From NCBI GenBank assembly GCA_964525875.1, contig CAZGJS010000005.1:143184-207183 (forward strand): a DNA stretch of 64,000 nt, written 5' to 3'. Positions 25,955 to 34,667 of the stretch are shown piece after piece (position 1 is the stretch's first letter; each line of letters opens with the position of its first letter). The translations under genes and the position numbers were made by a program. The stretch comes from an uncultured Eubacteriales bacterium. Its GTDB lineage: Bacteria > Acidobacteriota > Aminicenantia > Aminicenantales > Saccharicenantaceae. Below the pieces are notes generated by a model that was given only the letters and a program-made list of their open reading frames with translations, was not told where the DNA came from and searched no databases.

Positions 25955-26617
25955 CTATTTCTCCGGCTCTTCCTTCTCGGCCCGCTCTTTCTTGATGACC
26001 TCGGGCTCCTTGGGCTCCTCGGCCACAACTTCTTCCGGCTTCTCGCCGGGGAATTCCTCTTCCTTGTGGGGAAGGGACACGAGGACGAGGACGGTCGCGG
26101 GCTCGGTGATGAGCCGGACGCCGGCCGGAATGGCCATGCCCTCGGCCTTGTACGACTGGTTGATGTGAAGCTCGGAGATGTCGATCGACAGGCTCTCCGG
26201 GATGTCCCTTGGCAGACACTCGACCTCGACTTCGCGGGTGACGAAATCGACGAAGCCGCCCTCGGTCTTGACGCCCACAGGCTCGCCGCGATGGACGATG
26301 GGGATCGTGACCCGCACCGGCTTGTCCATGGAGATGCGGATGAGGTCGGCGTGGAGCAGCTCGTCGGTGACGGGGTCGACCTGCAGGTCCTTGATCATGG
26401 CGTCGTACATGTCCGCGTCGACGGCGACCTTGAAGATCGTGTTCTCTCCCGACTCGAGCCTCAGGATCTGGACGATGTCCTTCTTGCTCACGACGAGGGG
26501 CCGGCTCTCCATCGATTCCCCGTACAGGACGGCCGGGACGAAGCCCTGCTTACGCAGGCGCCGCGCGGCGTTGGACCCCAGCCCTTGGCGTTTCTCGCTC
26601 TTGACGACGATGTTCAT
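25955..26617 (-). CDS. rplY: 50S ribosomal protein L25 / general stress protein Ctc
   Basis: 220 aa; L25 beta-barrel N-domain (RRLRKQGFVPAVLYG) plus Ctc C-domain and acidic tail. Confidence 0.9.
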   Translation of the reverse strand: MNIVVKSEKRQGLGSNAARRLRKQGFVPAVLYGESMESRPLVVSKKDIVQILRLESGENTIFKVAVDADMYDAMIKDLQVDPVTDELLHADLIRISMDKPVRVTIPIVHRGEPVGVKTEGGFVDFVTREVEVECLPRDIPESLSIDISELHINQSYKAEGMAIPAGVRLITEPATVLVLVSLPHKEEEFPGEKPEEVVAEEPKEPEVIKKERAEKEEPEK

Positions 26618-26627
26618 CTTGTTCTCC

Positions 26628-27560
26628 TTAAGCGAAGAGAGAGCTCACCGAGCTCCCCTCGTTGATCCTCCGGATCGCCTCTCCGAAGAGTTCGGCGACG
26701 GAAAGGACGGCGAATTTTCCGGAGGCGGCGGCCCTTTCCGTCAACGGTATCGTATTGGTCACGAAGACGCGTTCCAGCTTCGATTTGTCGATCCTGTCGA
26801 GGGCCGGCCCCGACAGGACGGGATGCGTGCAGGCGCTGAAGATCCTCTTGGCGTTTTCCTTGGCCAGGGCGTCCACGCTGAGGGTCAGGGTCCCGGCCGT
26901 GTCGACGATGTCGTCGAAGATGACGACGTTCTGGTCGGCGACCTCGCCGATGACGTGGAGGACCTTGGCCACGTTGGGCGCGGGCCGTCTTTTGTCGATG
27001 ATGGCCAGTTTGGCGTTCAGCCGCTGGGCGAACACCCGGGCCCGGCCGACGCCCCCGGCGTCGGGGGAAACGATGGTCAGGTCCTCGAGCTTCAGCGTCT
27101 TGATGTGGTTGGCCAGGACGGGCGCGGCCATGAGGTTGTCCACGGGGATCGAGAAGAAACCCTGGATCTGCGGCGAATGGAGGTCCATGGTCAGAATGCG
27201 GTTGGCCCCCGCCTTTTCGATCAAGTCCGAGACGAGGCGGGCCGAGATCGGGACCCGGGGCCTGTCTTTCCAGTCCTGCCGGGCGTAGGGGAAGTAGGGG
27301 ATGACGGCGGTGATCCGGCCCGCGGACGACCTCTTGAAGGCGTCGATCATGATGAACAGCTCCATGAGGTGGCTGTTCGCGTCGGTCGACCCCGATTGGA
27401 TGATGAACACGTCCTCGCCGCGGACGTTCTCGTCGATGTAGAAGTGTATCTCGCCGTCGCTGAAACGGTCGAGGACGCACCGCCCGAGGTCGATCTTCAA
27501 GTAGTCGACGATCTCCCGGGCCAGGGCCGTGTTCGATGATCCCGTGAATACCTTCATCAT
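26628..27560 (-). CDS. prs: Ribose-phosphate pyrophosphokinase
   Basis: 310 aa; PYFPYARQD and DIVDTAGT motifs. Confidence 0.95.
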   Translation of the reverse strand: MMKVFTGSSNTALAREIVDYLKIDLGRCVLDRFSDGEIHFYIDENVRGEDVFIIQSGSTDANSHLMELFIMIDAFKRSSAGRITAVIPYFPYARQDWKDRPRVPISARLVSDLIEKAGANRILTMDLHSPQIQGFFSIPVDNLMAAPVLANHIKTLKLEDLTIVSPDAGGVGRARVFAQRLNAKLAIIDKRRPAPNVAKVLHVIGEVADQNVVIFDDIVDTAGTLTLSVDALAKENAKRIFSACTHPVLSGPALDRIDKSKLERVFVTNTIPLTERAAASGKFAVLSVAELFGEAIRRINEGSSVSSLFA

Positions 27561-27586
27561 CTTTCCCTCGCCTTATATCGTCCGAA

Positions 27587-27658
27587 CTGGGGCGGGAGGA
27601 TTCGAACCTCCGAATGACGGAGCCAAAGTCCGTTGCCTTACCGCTTGGCTACGCCCCA
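27587..27658 (-). tRNA. tRNA-Gln (anticodon UUG)
   Basis: rc reads TGGGGCGTAGCCAAGCGGTAAGGCAACGGACTTTGGCTCCGTCATTCGGAGGTTCGAATCCTCCCGCCCCAG; cloverleaf and close resemblance to E. coli tRNA-Gln; CCA not encoded. Confidence 0.9.
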
Positions 27659-28515
27659 GCACCGAGCTGTGCCCAATAGCCCTCCCGCGGCAAGGTCGCC
27701 GCGAGCCGGGCGGCAGGCGTTCCGGGGAGCCTCCTCTGCGCTTCAAGGGCGCTCTCCGCATCGGCGAAAAGCCCATAAACCGCCGAGCCCGACCCGCTGA
27801 CCTGGGACAAGATGGCCCCCCGCTCCCCGAAAAACTTTTTCCAGCTCTCGAGCTCGGGATAGGCCCGGAGAATGACGTGCTCCAGGTCGTTTTCCAAAAG
27901 GCCGAAGTCTCCGGACTCCAGAAAACGCATAATTTTACTGACTTTGCCCGCGGAAGTCAAGGACGGCCCGATACCGGCGTAAATGGACGCCGTCGGGATG
28001 GGGAATGGCGGGAAGACGAGCAGGCAGGGGAGGGGGGCAAGGTCCGGGAGCCGGGTCAGGCGGTCCCCGATGTCCTCTCCCAGGCAAAGCCCCCCATGCA
28101 GGAAAAAGGGGACATCGGCGCCCAGGCGCCGGGCCAGCCCGGCCAGCCCGGGCGCGTCGAGGCCGAGCCCCCACATCCGATTAAGGCCCAGGAGCGCTGC
28201 CGCCGCGTTGGAACTGCCTCCGCCGAGCCCCCGGCCGGCGGGGACGCTCTTTTTGACCAGGATCCGGGCTCCCTGGTTAGTCCCCGATATTTCCCGGAGG
28301 AGACGGGCCGCTCGATGGACGAGATTCGTCTCGTCCCAGGCCACGGACGGGTCGTCCCCGGCGAGGTGGATGGCGCCGGCCGGGGCGGGCTCGAGATGCA
28401 GCTCGTCTGCGAGGGAGATCGTCTGGAAAAGGGTCCGGATGTCGTGGTAGCCGTCCGCCCTCTTGCCGACGATCTCCAGCCCGAGGTTGATCTTGGCGAA
28501 GGACTTGACGGTCAT
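27649..28515 (-). CDS. ispE: 4-diphosphocytidyl-2-C-methyl-D-erythritol kinase
   Basis: 288 aa from ATG 28515; KINLGL and PAGRGLGGGSSNAAA (GHMP kinase) motifs; last 10 nt overlap the tRNA-Gln 5' end. Confidence 0.9.
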   Translation of the reverse strand: MTVKSFAKINLGLEIVGKRADGYHDIRTLFQTISLADELHLEPAPAGAIHLAGDDPSVAWDETNLVHRAARLLREISGTNQGARILVKKSVPAGRGLGGGSSNAAAALLGLNRMWGLGLDAPGLAGLARRLGADVPFFLHGGLCLGEDIGDRLTRLPDLAPLPCLLVFPPFPIPTASIYAGIGPSLTSAGKVSKIMRFLESGDFGLLENDLEHVILRAYPELESWKKFFGERGAILSQVSGSGSAVYGLFADAESALEAQRRLPGTPAARLAATLPREGYWAQLGAGA

Positions 28516-29195
28516 CTGTCCCGGATCTCCAAGATCTCCGGCCACGTTTTCAGGACATAGCCGCGAAGAAAGGATACGTCGAAGGCCGCTTCCAGCAACG
28601 GCGGGTTGAAGCCGAGCTTGAGGACCTTCATCCGCCCGGCCGTCCCCGGCCCCGAAAGTCCGATGTCCCTCGGGACTCCCGCCCCCGGGAAGAACTCCCG
28701 GACCGTGAACGCGAAGCCGTCCCGCCCGCCGCGGGCGACCCGTCCCCGTTCGTCCTGTTCCACATCCCAGCCGCTCCCGGCGCCGGTGTCGGCCCAGGTC
28801 CCGCTGAGGAGGCGGAGGACCTCGTCGGGCGGAAGGGAGATCCCCAGGAACCGTTTCATCATGGCTTCCGGCCCCTCTTCGGCGTAGGCCTTTTTTCCCG
28901 GCACGACGAAGTAGGCCCGGTCCTCGCGGAAGATCATGAGGAAGGCCGTCCTGCCGATCGGGTCGACGGCTTCGACCCGGCCGAGGCCCGGCCGGCGGAA
29001 TAGGAAGGCGAATTTTCCCTTGACCGCCACGTCCTCTCCTCGCATGGAGGCCGAGCCGAACCCCTCGACGGCCTCGACGCCGCAGGACGGCGGGACGAGA
29101 ACGGGAACGCGCCCCGCGCACGCGGCGAGCGCCGCGAGAAGACCCACGAGCCCGGGCAGTCCGAAACGCCGGGCCGAAGGGCTAATGAAATCCAT
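28512..29195 (-). CDS. LolB-like outer-membrane lipoprotein (putative)
   Basis: 227 aa; lipobox LAALAAC; position directly upstream of ispE-prs mirrors the E. coli lolB-ispE-prs order; no strong motif recognised. Confidence 0.5.
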   Translation of the reverse strand: MDFISPSARRFGLPGLVGLLAALAACAGRVPVLVPPSCGVEAVEGFGSASMRGEDVAVKGKFAFLFRRPGLGRVEAVDPIGRTAFLMIFREDRAYFVVPGKKAYAEEGPEAMMKRFLGISLPPDEVLRLLSGTWADTGAGSGWDVEQDERGRVARGGRDGFAFTVREFFPGAGVPRDIGLSGPGTAGRMKVLKLGFNPPLLEAAFDVSFLRGYVLKTWPEILEIRDR

Positions 29196-29391
29196 AATCT
29201 TCGGTTTTCTGCGCCGCCTTCTCCCCGGCGCCCGTCGCCGCGCCGGCCTTTCCCTTCAGCCGCTTTTTCCTGAGGAGCGGATAGAACGGAGAGGTGATGC
29301 GTTTTCCGAAACAGGACATGTTGGGGTTGATGATGAGCAAAAGGACGAACGCCGCGAAGATGATCAGGATGACGTAGGTGCTCCAGCTCAT
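29182..29391 (-). CDS. Small membrane protein, hypothetical
   Basis: 69-aa ORF, one TM (VILIIFAAFVLLLII), basic tail; 14-nt overlap with the downstream gene. Confidence 0.35.
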   Translation of the reverse strand: MSWSTYVILIIFAAFVLLLIINPNMSCFGKRITSPFYPLLRKKRLKGKAGAATGAGEKAAQKTEDYGFH

Positions 29392-29464
29392 CGTTCGACC
29401 CCCGTCTTTTTCCCCGGGCGGGGAAAAAGGGATTTCGCTCTATGCCGGACGAACCGCGGACCGC

Positions 29465-29599
29465 TCAGTCGTGGCTTTCGGGCTCTTCCTGGAATATCGG
29501 GATCTTGGACTTTTCCTTCTCTTTCCCGAGGTAAAGACCGAGGAAAAACACCGAACCCAACGTCAGCACGGCCAGCAGAAATTTGAAGAAGCCTTTCAT
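29465..29599 (-). CDS. Small membrane protein, hypothetical (44 aa)
   Basis: Hand-read ORF MKGFFKFLLAVLTLGSVFFLGLYLGKEKEKSKIPIFQEEPESHD; weak AAGG SD. Confidence 0.3.
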   Translation of the reverse strand: MKGFFKFLLAVLTLGSVFFLGLYLGKEKEKSKIPIFQEEPESHD

Positions 29600-29840
29600 C
29601 GTAACCTTCCCCTATTATTCTATTAAAATCCTGGAAAAAGTCAATTGCCGAAATTGCCGTTCGCCCACCGTTTCGTGTGATGAGTCGGTTTAAAGTGTTC
29701 TGGGGAATTCCTGGTACACGATACGAAATCCGGAGATTTCGTTCATGTCCCGGAATTCCAGGTCACGTCCATGTGGCAATTTCGGGCTCATTTGCTTTTT
29801 CGTTCCGCCGCCGATATATTGAAAGCCGGGGAGAAGGCCC

Positions 29841-31352
29841 ATGAGAAAAAGCCTGTGGCTTCTGGCCGGGATGACGGTCGTGGCCTTGACCCAGGCGGCG
29901 GGCCAGGGCCTCCGGCCGGCGGCCTTCGCCGGCCTGTTCTACGCGGCCGACCCGGCCCGTCTGGCGGCCGAGATCGAAAGCTATTTCGCGGCCGCCGCTC
30001 CGGCCGACCCGCCCTCCGGCAAGATCTTGGCCCTCATCGTTCCGCACGCCGGCTACGTGTATTCGGGCCGGACGGCCGCCGCGGCCTACGCCCTGGTCCG
30101 GGACAGGGCGATCGACACGGTCGTCATCATCGGCCCGTCTCACCGTGTCGCGTTCGAGGGCTGTTCCATTTGGCCCGACGGCGGCTTCGAAACCCCGCTC
30201 GGAGTCGCCCGCGTCGACGCCTCCCTGGCCCGGGAAATCGCCAAGGCCTCGGGTTTCCGGTTCCGGCCCGAAGCTTTCGCCGAAGAACACTCGGTCGAGG
30301 TCCAGGTCCCCTTCATCCAGAAAGCCCTGCCCGGGGCGGCCATCGTCCCCATCGTCATGGGCCGCCAGACCTCCTCGACCATCCGGACCATGGCCGCCGC
30401 GCTGGGGAAAACCTGCCTCGCGAAAAACGTCCTCGTCGTGGCCTCGACGGACCTGTCCCATTTCCTGCCGAAGACCGAAGCGCAGGCGACCGACGCTGCG
30501 ACGGCCGCGCTCATCCGGGCCGTGGACACGGAAGATCTCATCCGCAAAACCGAGGCCGGGGAGAATATCATGTGCGGCGGCGGTCCCGTCGCCGCCGTCC
30601 TCCTTCTGGCCGGGAAAGCGGGCCAAGCCCGGGTCGAGGTCCTTGCCCGGACCGATTCGTCCGGCTTCGGCGGCCCGGTCGTCGGTTATCTCGCCGCAGT
30701 CGTCCTCTCCGGAACAGGCCCCGGCCTTGCCAAGGCCGGGACTGCCGGTTTCCAGCACCGGCACTGCAAAGCCGGTGGGAAGCCCGGTCCCGGAGAGGGC
30801 GACTACGGCGCGTACTCGCTCACGCCGGAAGAAAAAACCGAACTCCTCCGCATGGCCCGGGCGTCCGTGACCGCATCCTTTGGAAGGCGGGAGGCGATCG
30901 ATGACGCCTCCGGAAAGGCGAAGTTCTTGGAGCCGCGAGGCGTGTTCGTGACGCTCACGAAAGGCGGGGACCTGCGCGGGTGCATCGGATTCATCGAGCC
31001 GGTCGCCCCGCTGGGCCGGGCCGTCATCCGGGCGGCGGTCTCTGCGGCGACCGAGGATCCGCGTTTCCCTCCCGTCCGGCCCGCCGAGATCAGGGACCTC
31101 AAGTTCGAGATCTCCGTTTTGACGCCGGTCCGGGAAATCTCCGACCCGCGGGAAATCGTAGTCGGGAAGCACGGGCTGGTCGTTTCCAGGGGTGAGCATA
31201 AGGGCCTTATCTTGCCCCAGGTCCCGATGGAGAACAAGTGGGACCGAAAAACCTTTCTCGAGCAGGCCTCGCTCAAGGCCGGCCTGCCGCGGGACGCCTG
31301 GCGGCTGGGCGCCAAGCTCTACGTCTTCGAGGCCATCGTCTTCCACGAGTAG
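29841..31352 (+). CDS. Memo (AmmeMemoRadiSam protein B) - AMMECR1 (protein A) fusion protein
   Basis: 503 aa; N-half Memo (AGLFY..., IVPHAGYVYSG, STDLSH), C-half AMMECR1 (GVFVTLTKGGDLRGCIG, HGLVV...GLILPQV); halves joined by a repeat-encoded linker. Confidence 0.85.
   Translation: MRKSLWLLAGMTVVALTQAAGQGLRPAAFAGLFYAADPARLAAEIESYFAAAAPADPPSGKILALIVPHAGYVYSGRTAAAAYALVRDRAIDTVVIIGPSHRVAFEGCSIWPDGGFETPLGVARVDASLAREIAKASGFRFRPEAFAEEHSVEVQVPFIQKALPGAAIVPIVMGRQTSSTIRTMAAALGKTCLAKNVLVVASTDLSHFLPKTEAQATDAATAALIRAVDTEDLIRKTEAGENIMCGGGPVAAVLLLAGKAGQARVEVLARTDSSGFGGPVVGYLAAVVLSGTGPGLAKAGTAGFQHRHCKAGGKPGPGEGDYGAYSLTPEEKTELLRMARASVTASFGRREAIDDASGKAKFLEPRGVFVTLTKGGDLRGCIGFIEPVAPLGRAVIRAAVSAATEDPRFPPVRPAEIRDLKFEISVLTPVREISDPREIVVGKHGLVVSRGEHKGLILPQVPMENKWDRKTFLEQASLKAGLPRDAWRLGAKLYVFEAIVFHE
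30736..30793 (+). repeat. Hairpin repeat E, copy 1 (inside CDS, in frame)
   Basis: 35-nt core tgccggtttccagcaccggcactgcaaagccggtg (30743-30777) is 34/35 identical to 56762-56796; flanking stem ccgggac/gtcccgg. Confidence 0.65.
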
Positions 31353-31667
31353 GCCTCGGGGTATCATCGACGTCCGCGCGGTGATTCTTAACGCATTCCC
31401 GGTCCGGATCCGATGGGAGGAGTCCGCGTATCCGTACCGGGAAAGCTAAATCCCCGCTTTATGCTACCGTCGACGATACCCCTCGGCCCCGGAAAGCGAA
31501 AAAAGGGGACACGTCCCGCTTCTCTCGAAGCGGGGCATGTCCCCGGGCCCCCTTGGCGGTTTCCCCTGAAACTCCCCTCGTCCGTCACGCTGACCGACTA
31601 AATCACCGCAGCGAACGGAGACGATGCCCGAGGACCCTCAGCGGCCGATGGAGGGATTACCCCGAGC
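31352..31667. repeat. Composite repeat, copy R3: A(rc) 31352-31386, hairpin 31398-31441, B 31446-31490, hairpin 31505-31544, C 5' half (rc) 31551-31598, A 31601-31667
   Basis: Direct matches to modules of R1/R2/R4; begins at the last base of the upstream stop codon. Confidence 0.75.
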
Positions 31668-31778
31668 GTTTCCGGGCAATAGCGTCAGCGACCCCTGAGT
31701 CAAGCGGTTCGCGGCGGCAGGCCGATTTCTGTTATAATGTGTATTCTATCGAGCCATAAGGACCGGGAGATAGCCGCG

Positions 31779-32045
31779 ATGCCGATTTACGAATATCAGT
31801 GCACCGAGTGCCGCGAGGTCTGCGAGGTGCTCCAGAAAGCCAAGGACAAACCGCCGGAGAAGTGCCCCAAGTGCGGCGGTCCCGTCATCAAGATCACTTC
31901 CTCCCCGGCCATCCAGTTCAAGGGGAGCGGCTGGTATATCAACGACTACGCCAAGAAAAGCTCGGTGCCCGCCGAAACCAAGTCCGAGGCGAAGCCCGCC
32001 CCCGCCGAGGCCGCCAAGCCCAAGCCCGACAAGGCTTCATCTTAG
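31779..32045 (+). CDS. FmdB-family zinc-ribbon protein
   Basis: 88 aa from ATG 31779: MPIYEYQCTECREVCEVLQ...CPKCGG. Confidence 0.85.
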   Translation: MPIYEYQCTECREVCEVLQKAKDKPPEKCPKCGGPVIKITSSPAIQFKGSGWYINDYAKKSSVPAETKSEAKPAPAEAAKPKPDKASS

Positions 32046-32183
32046 CCGTCATATCGGAGGTCTTCGCCACCGGCGAACGCTTGTCATGCCGACACGCTGG
32101 GCCGTTTTCCTCGACCGCGACGCGTTCGGCCGCCACGGCCCTCGAAGCCGTCGGGATCCTTGGACAAGGGAGGCCGGCCGGCC

Positions 32184-34337
32184 ATGATCCGGTTTGACGA
32201 CATCCTCGACAAGGCCTCCTCCTACATCGGCGAAAAAGAGTCCCTCGTCCTCCAGAAGGCCTACGTGTTCGCGGGCAAGGCCCACAAGGGGCAGGTTCGC
32301 CGTTCCGGAGAACCCTATCTCAGCCATCCGCTCGAAGTGGCCGACTACCTCGCCGACATGAAGCTCGACAAAACGACGCTCGTCGCCGCCCTCCTCCACG
32401 ACGTTCTCGAGGACACCGACGCGACGGCCGCGGACATCCGCGAGAATTTCGGAAAAGAGGTCGCCGGCCTGGTCGAGGGCGTGACCAAGATCAGCCGGGT
32501 CCAGGAGGTGTCGCCCGAGGTCCGCCGGGCCGAGACCATCCGGAAGATCATCCTGGCGATGACCGACGACATCCGGGTCATCTTCATCAAGCTGGCCGAC
32601 CGGATCCACAACCTCAAGACCCTCCAGCACCTCGACGAGGGGAGGCGGCGGCAGATCGCCCGCGAGACGCTCGACATCTACGCCCCGATCGCCAACCGGC
32701 TCGGCATGGGGCGCATCCGGGCCGAGCTCGAGGACCTGTCCTTCCGCTACGTGGCCCCCGAGGAATTCGCCAAGATCGCCGCGTCCGAAGAGCCCGGGAG
32801 AAAGGCGGCCGAAACGGACCTCAAGGCCATGAAGAAGACGCTCGTGGAGCTCGTCCGGGAGAACGGCATCCCGGCCGAGGTTTTCTCCCGGATCAAGCGC
32901 GCCTACAGCGTCTGGAGCAAGATGAAGCGGCGGGACATCGCTTTTGACCAGGTCTTCGACTTCCTGGCCCTGCGGGTCATCACCGACTCGGTCAAGAACT
33001 GCTACGCCCTCCTCGGCATCATCCACCAGCGCTGGCCTCATCTGCCCCAGCGGTTCCGCGATTTCATCGCCATGCCCAAACCCAACCTCTACCAGGCCCT
33101 GCACACGACGGTCATCACCGAGGGGCGGAAGATGTTCGAGATCCAGGTCCGGACCCGGGAGATGCACGACCTCGCCGAGAACGGCATCGCCGCCCACTGG
33201 CGATACAAGGACGACTCGCCGGCTGGCCCGATGATAGAGGACCGCCGTCTCCACTGGCTCCGTGAAATGGCCGCCCTCTTCGAAGAGCAGAAGAACCCGC
33301 GGGAGTTCCTGCGGAGCCTGAAGACCAACCTCATCCCGGAGGAGGTCTACGTCTTCACGCCCAAGGGCAAGGTCGTCAACCTGCCGCCCGGCGCCACGGC
33401 CCTCGACTTCGCTTTCAAGATCCACACGGAGATCGGGCTCCACGCGTCCGGGGCCAGGGTCAACGGCTCCGCGTCCCCGCTCAAGACCGTTCTCAAGACC
33501 GGGGACATCGTGGAGATCCTGACGTCGGAGGAGAGGACGCCGACGCGGGGCATGCTCGCCGCAGCCGCGACCGCCGGCGCGCGCCAGCAGCTCAAGCGCT
33601 GGCTCAACCTCAAGAGCCGGACGACGAGCGTCGCCCTGGGACGGAAGCTTTGGGAACGGGAGATCCGCAAGTACATCCTCCCCGCCGAATTCCGGAAGGA
33701 AGAGGACCTCGCCCGGCAGCTGGCCGCGGCCCTCGGCCCGAGGGCCGGGTCCATGGAGGAGTTTTACCGGCTTGCAGGGCTCGGCAAGATCGTCGTCAAC
33801 CCCGCACTCATCGAAACCGTCTTCCCCGCCGGCCGGGTCACGCCGCGCCGGCCGGGCCTGCTCGGGAAAGCGGCGGCCCGGTTCGCACCGGGCCCGGGCC
33901 CGGGGGTCAGGATCAAGGACATCGACGGACAGATGATCAAGCTGGCGAAGTGTTGCTCTCCGGTCAAGGGCGAGCCCGTCGTCGGGTACATCACGGCGGG
34001 GAAGGGATTGAGCGTCCATTCCCTCCGCTGCCCGCTCGTGACCAAGGAGATCCTGGACGGTCAGCGGCTGGTCGAGGTGTCCTGGGACCCGGCCTTCGCC
34101 GGGACTTTCAAAGCCCGCCTCTTGGTCAAGTCCGAGGACTCGCCCGGGGTCCTGGCCAAGGTCGCCACCGCGGTCGCGGGGCTCGAGGGGAACATCTTCA
34201 AGGCCGAGGCGGCGATGCTCGCCGAGGGCAAGGCCAAGATCAGGCTGGACATCAGGATCCGGGACATACGCCACCTCGAGGACATCACCCGGCGCATCTC
34301 CGCGCTGAAAGAGGTTTTGTCTGTCGAGAGAGTGTAG
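32184..34337 (+). CDS. rel: Bifunctional (p)ppGpp synthetase/hydrolase (RelA/SpoT homolog)
   Basis: 717 aa from ATG 32184 (AAGGGAGG upstream; TTG at 32160 possible); HD domain (HPLEVA, HDVLED), synthetase, TGS and ACT domains. Confidence 0.93.
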   Translation: MIRFDDILDKASSYIGEKESLVLQKAYVFAGKAHKGQVRRSGEPYLSHPLEVADYLADMKLDKTTLVAALLHDVLEDTDATAADIRENFGKEVAGLVEGVTKISRVQEVSPEVRRAETIRKIILAMTDDIRVIFIKLADRIHNLKTLQHLDEGRRRQIARETLDIYAPIANRLGMGRIRAELEDLSFRYVAPEEFAKIAASEEPGRKAAETDLKAMKKTLVELVRENGIPAEVFSRIKRAYSVWSKMKRRDIAFDQVFDFLALRVITDSVKNCYALLGIIHQRWPHLPQRFRDFIAMPKPNLYQALHTTVITEGRKMFEIQVRTREMHDLAENGIAAHWRYKDDSPAGPMIEDRRLHWLREMAALFEEQKNPREFLRSLKTNLIPEEVYVFTPKGKVVNLPPGATALDFAFKIHTEIGLHASGARVNGSASPLKTVLKTGDIVEILTSEERTPTRGMLAAAATAGARQQLKRWLNLKSRTTSVALGRKLWEREIRKYILPAEFRKEEDLARQLAAALGPRAGSMEEFYRLAGLGKIVVNPALIETVFPAGRVTPRRPGLLGKAAARFAPGPGPGVRIKDIDGQMIKLAKCCSPVKGEPVVGYITAGKGLSVHSLRCPLVTKEILDGQRLVEVSWDPAFAGTFKARLLVKSEDSPGVLAKVATAVAGLEGNIFKAEAAMLAEGKAKIRLDIRIRDIRHLEDITRRISALKEVLSVERV

Positions 34338-34346
34338 TCGGCGGGG

Positions 34347-34541
34347 CTAGGCCGCTTTTACCACTTTCCCCGAGCGCAGGCATCTCGTGCAGACCCAGAT
34401 CTGGCGCACGCCCCCCTGCGGGGTCTGAGCCCTGACGTGCTGAAGGTTGGGCTTCCATTTTTTCGGGGACGACTTGTGGGAATGGCTGACGTTATGCCCG
34501 AAAATCGGGCCTTTTTGACAGATCTTGCAGGTTTTCGGCAT
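34347..34541 (-). CDS. rpmB: 50S ribosomal protein L28
   Basis: 64 aa; C.ICQKGPIFGHNVSHSHKSSPKKWKPNLQ. Confidence 0.93.
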   Translation of the reverse strand: MPKTCKICQKGPIFGHNVSHSHKSSPKKWKPNLQHVRAQTPQGGVRQIWVCTRCLRSGKVVKAA

Positions 34542-34667
34542 AGTCGTATCTCTCTCGTCTCAGGATGAGCCGAATTTATACCATAAAAACCGGCGCGCGG
34601 CAAGTTAGCGAAGTTTGTTCCGCTTGACCGGGCGGTCCGAAAGGCGTAGCTTTCCTTCGAGGCCGGC

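Noticed and set aside
29703-29762. GGAATTCC-containing motifs (29703-13, 29752-62) and a possible sigma54 promoter (tggtacacgatacga), plus similarity to the pth 3' repeat units
   Set aside because: The matches are short. The -12 element (TTGC) is absent. The similarity to 25323-25397 is limited to ggaat.cc.g and could be chance. I kept the local hairpin cgaaatc/gatttcg (29724-29741) only as a note.
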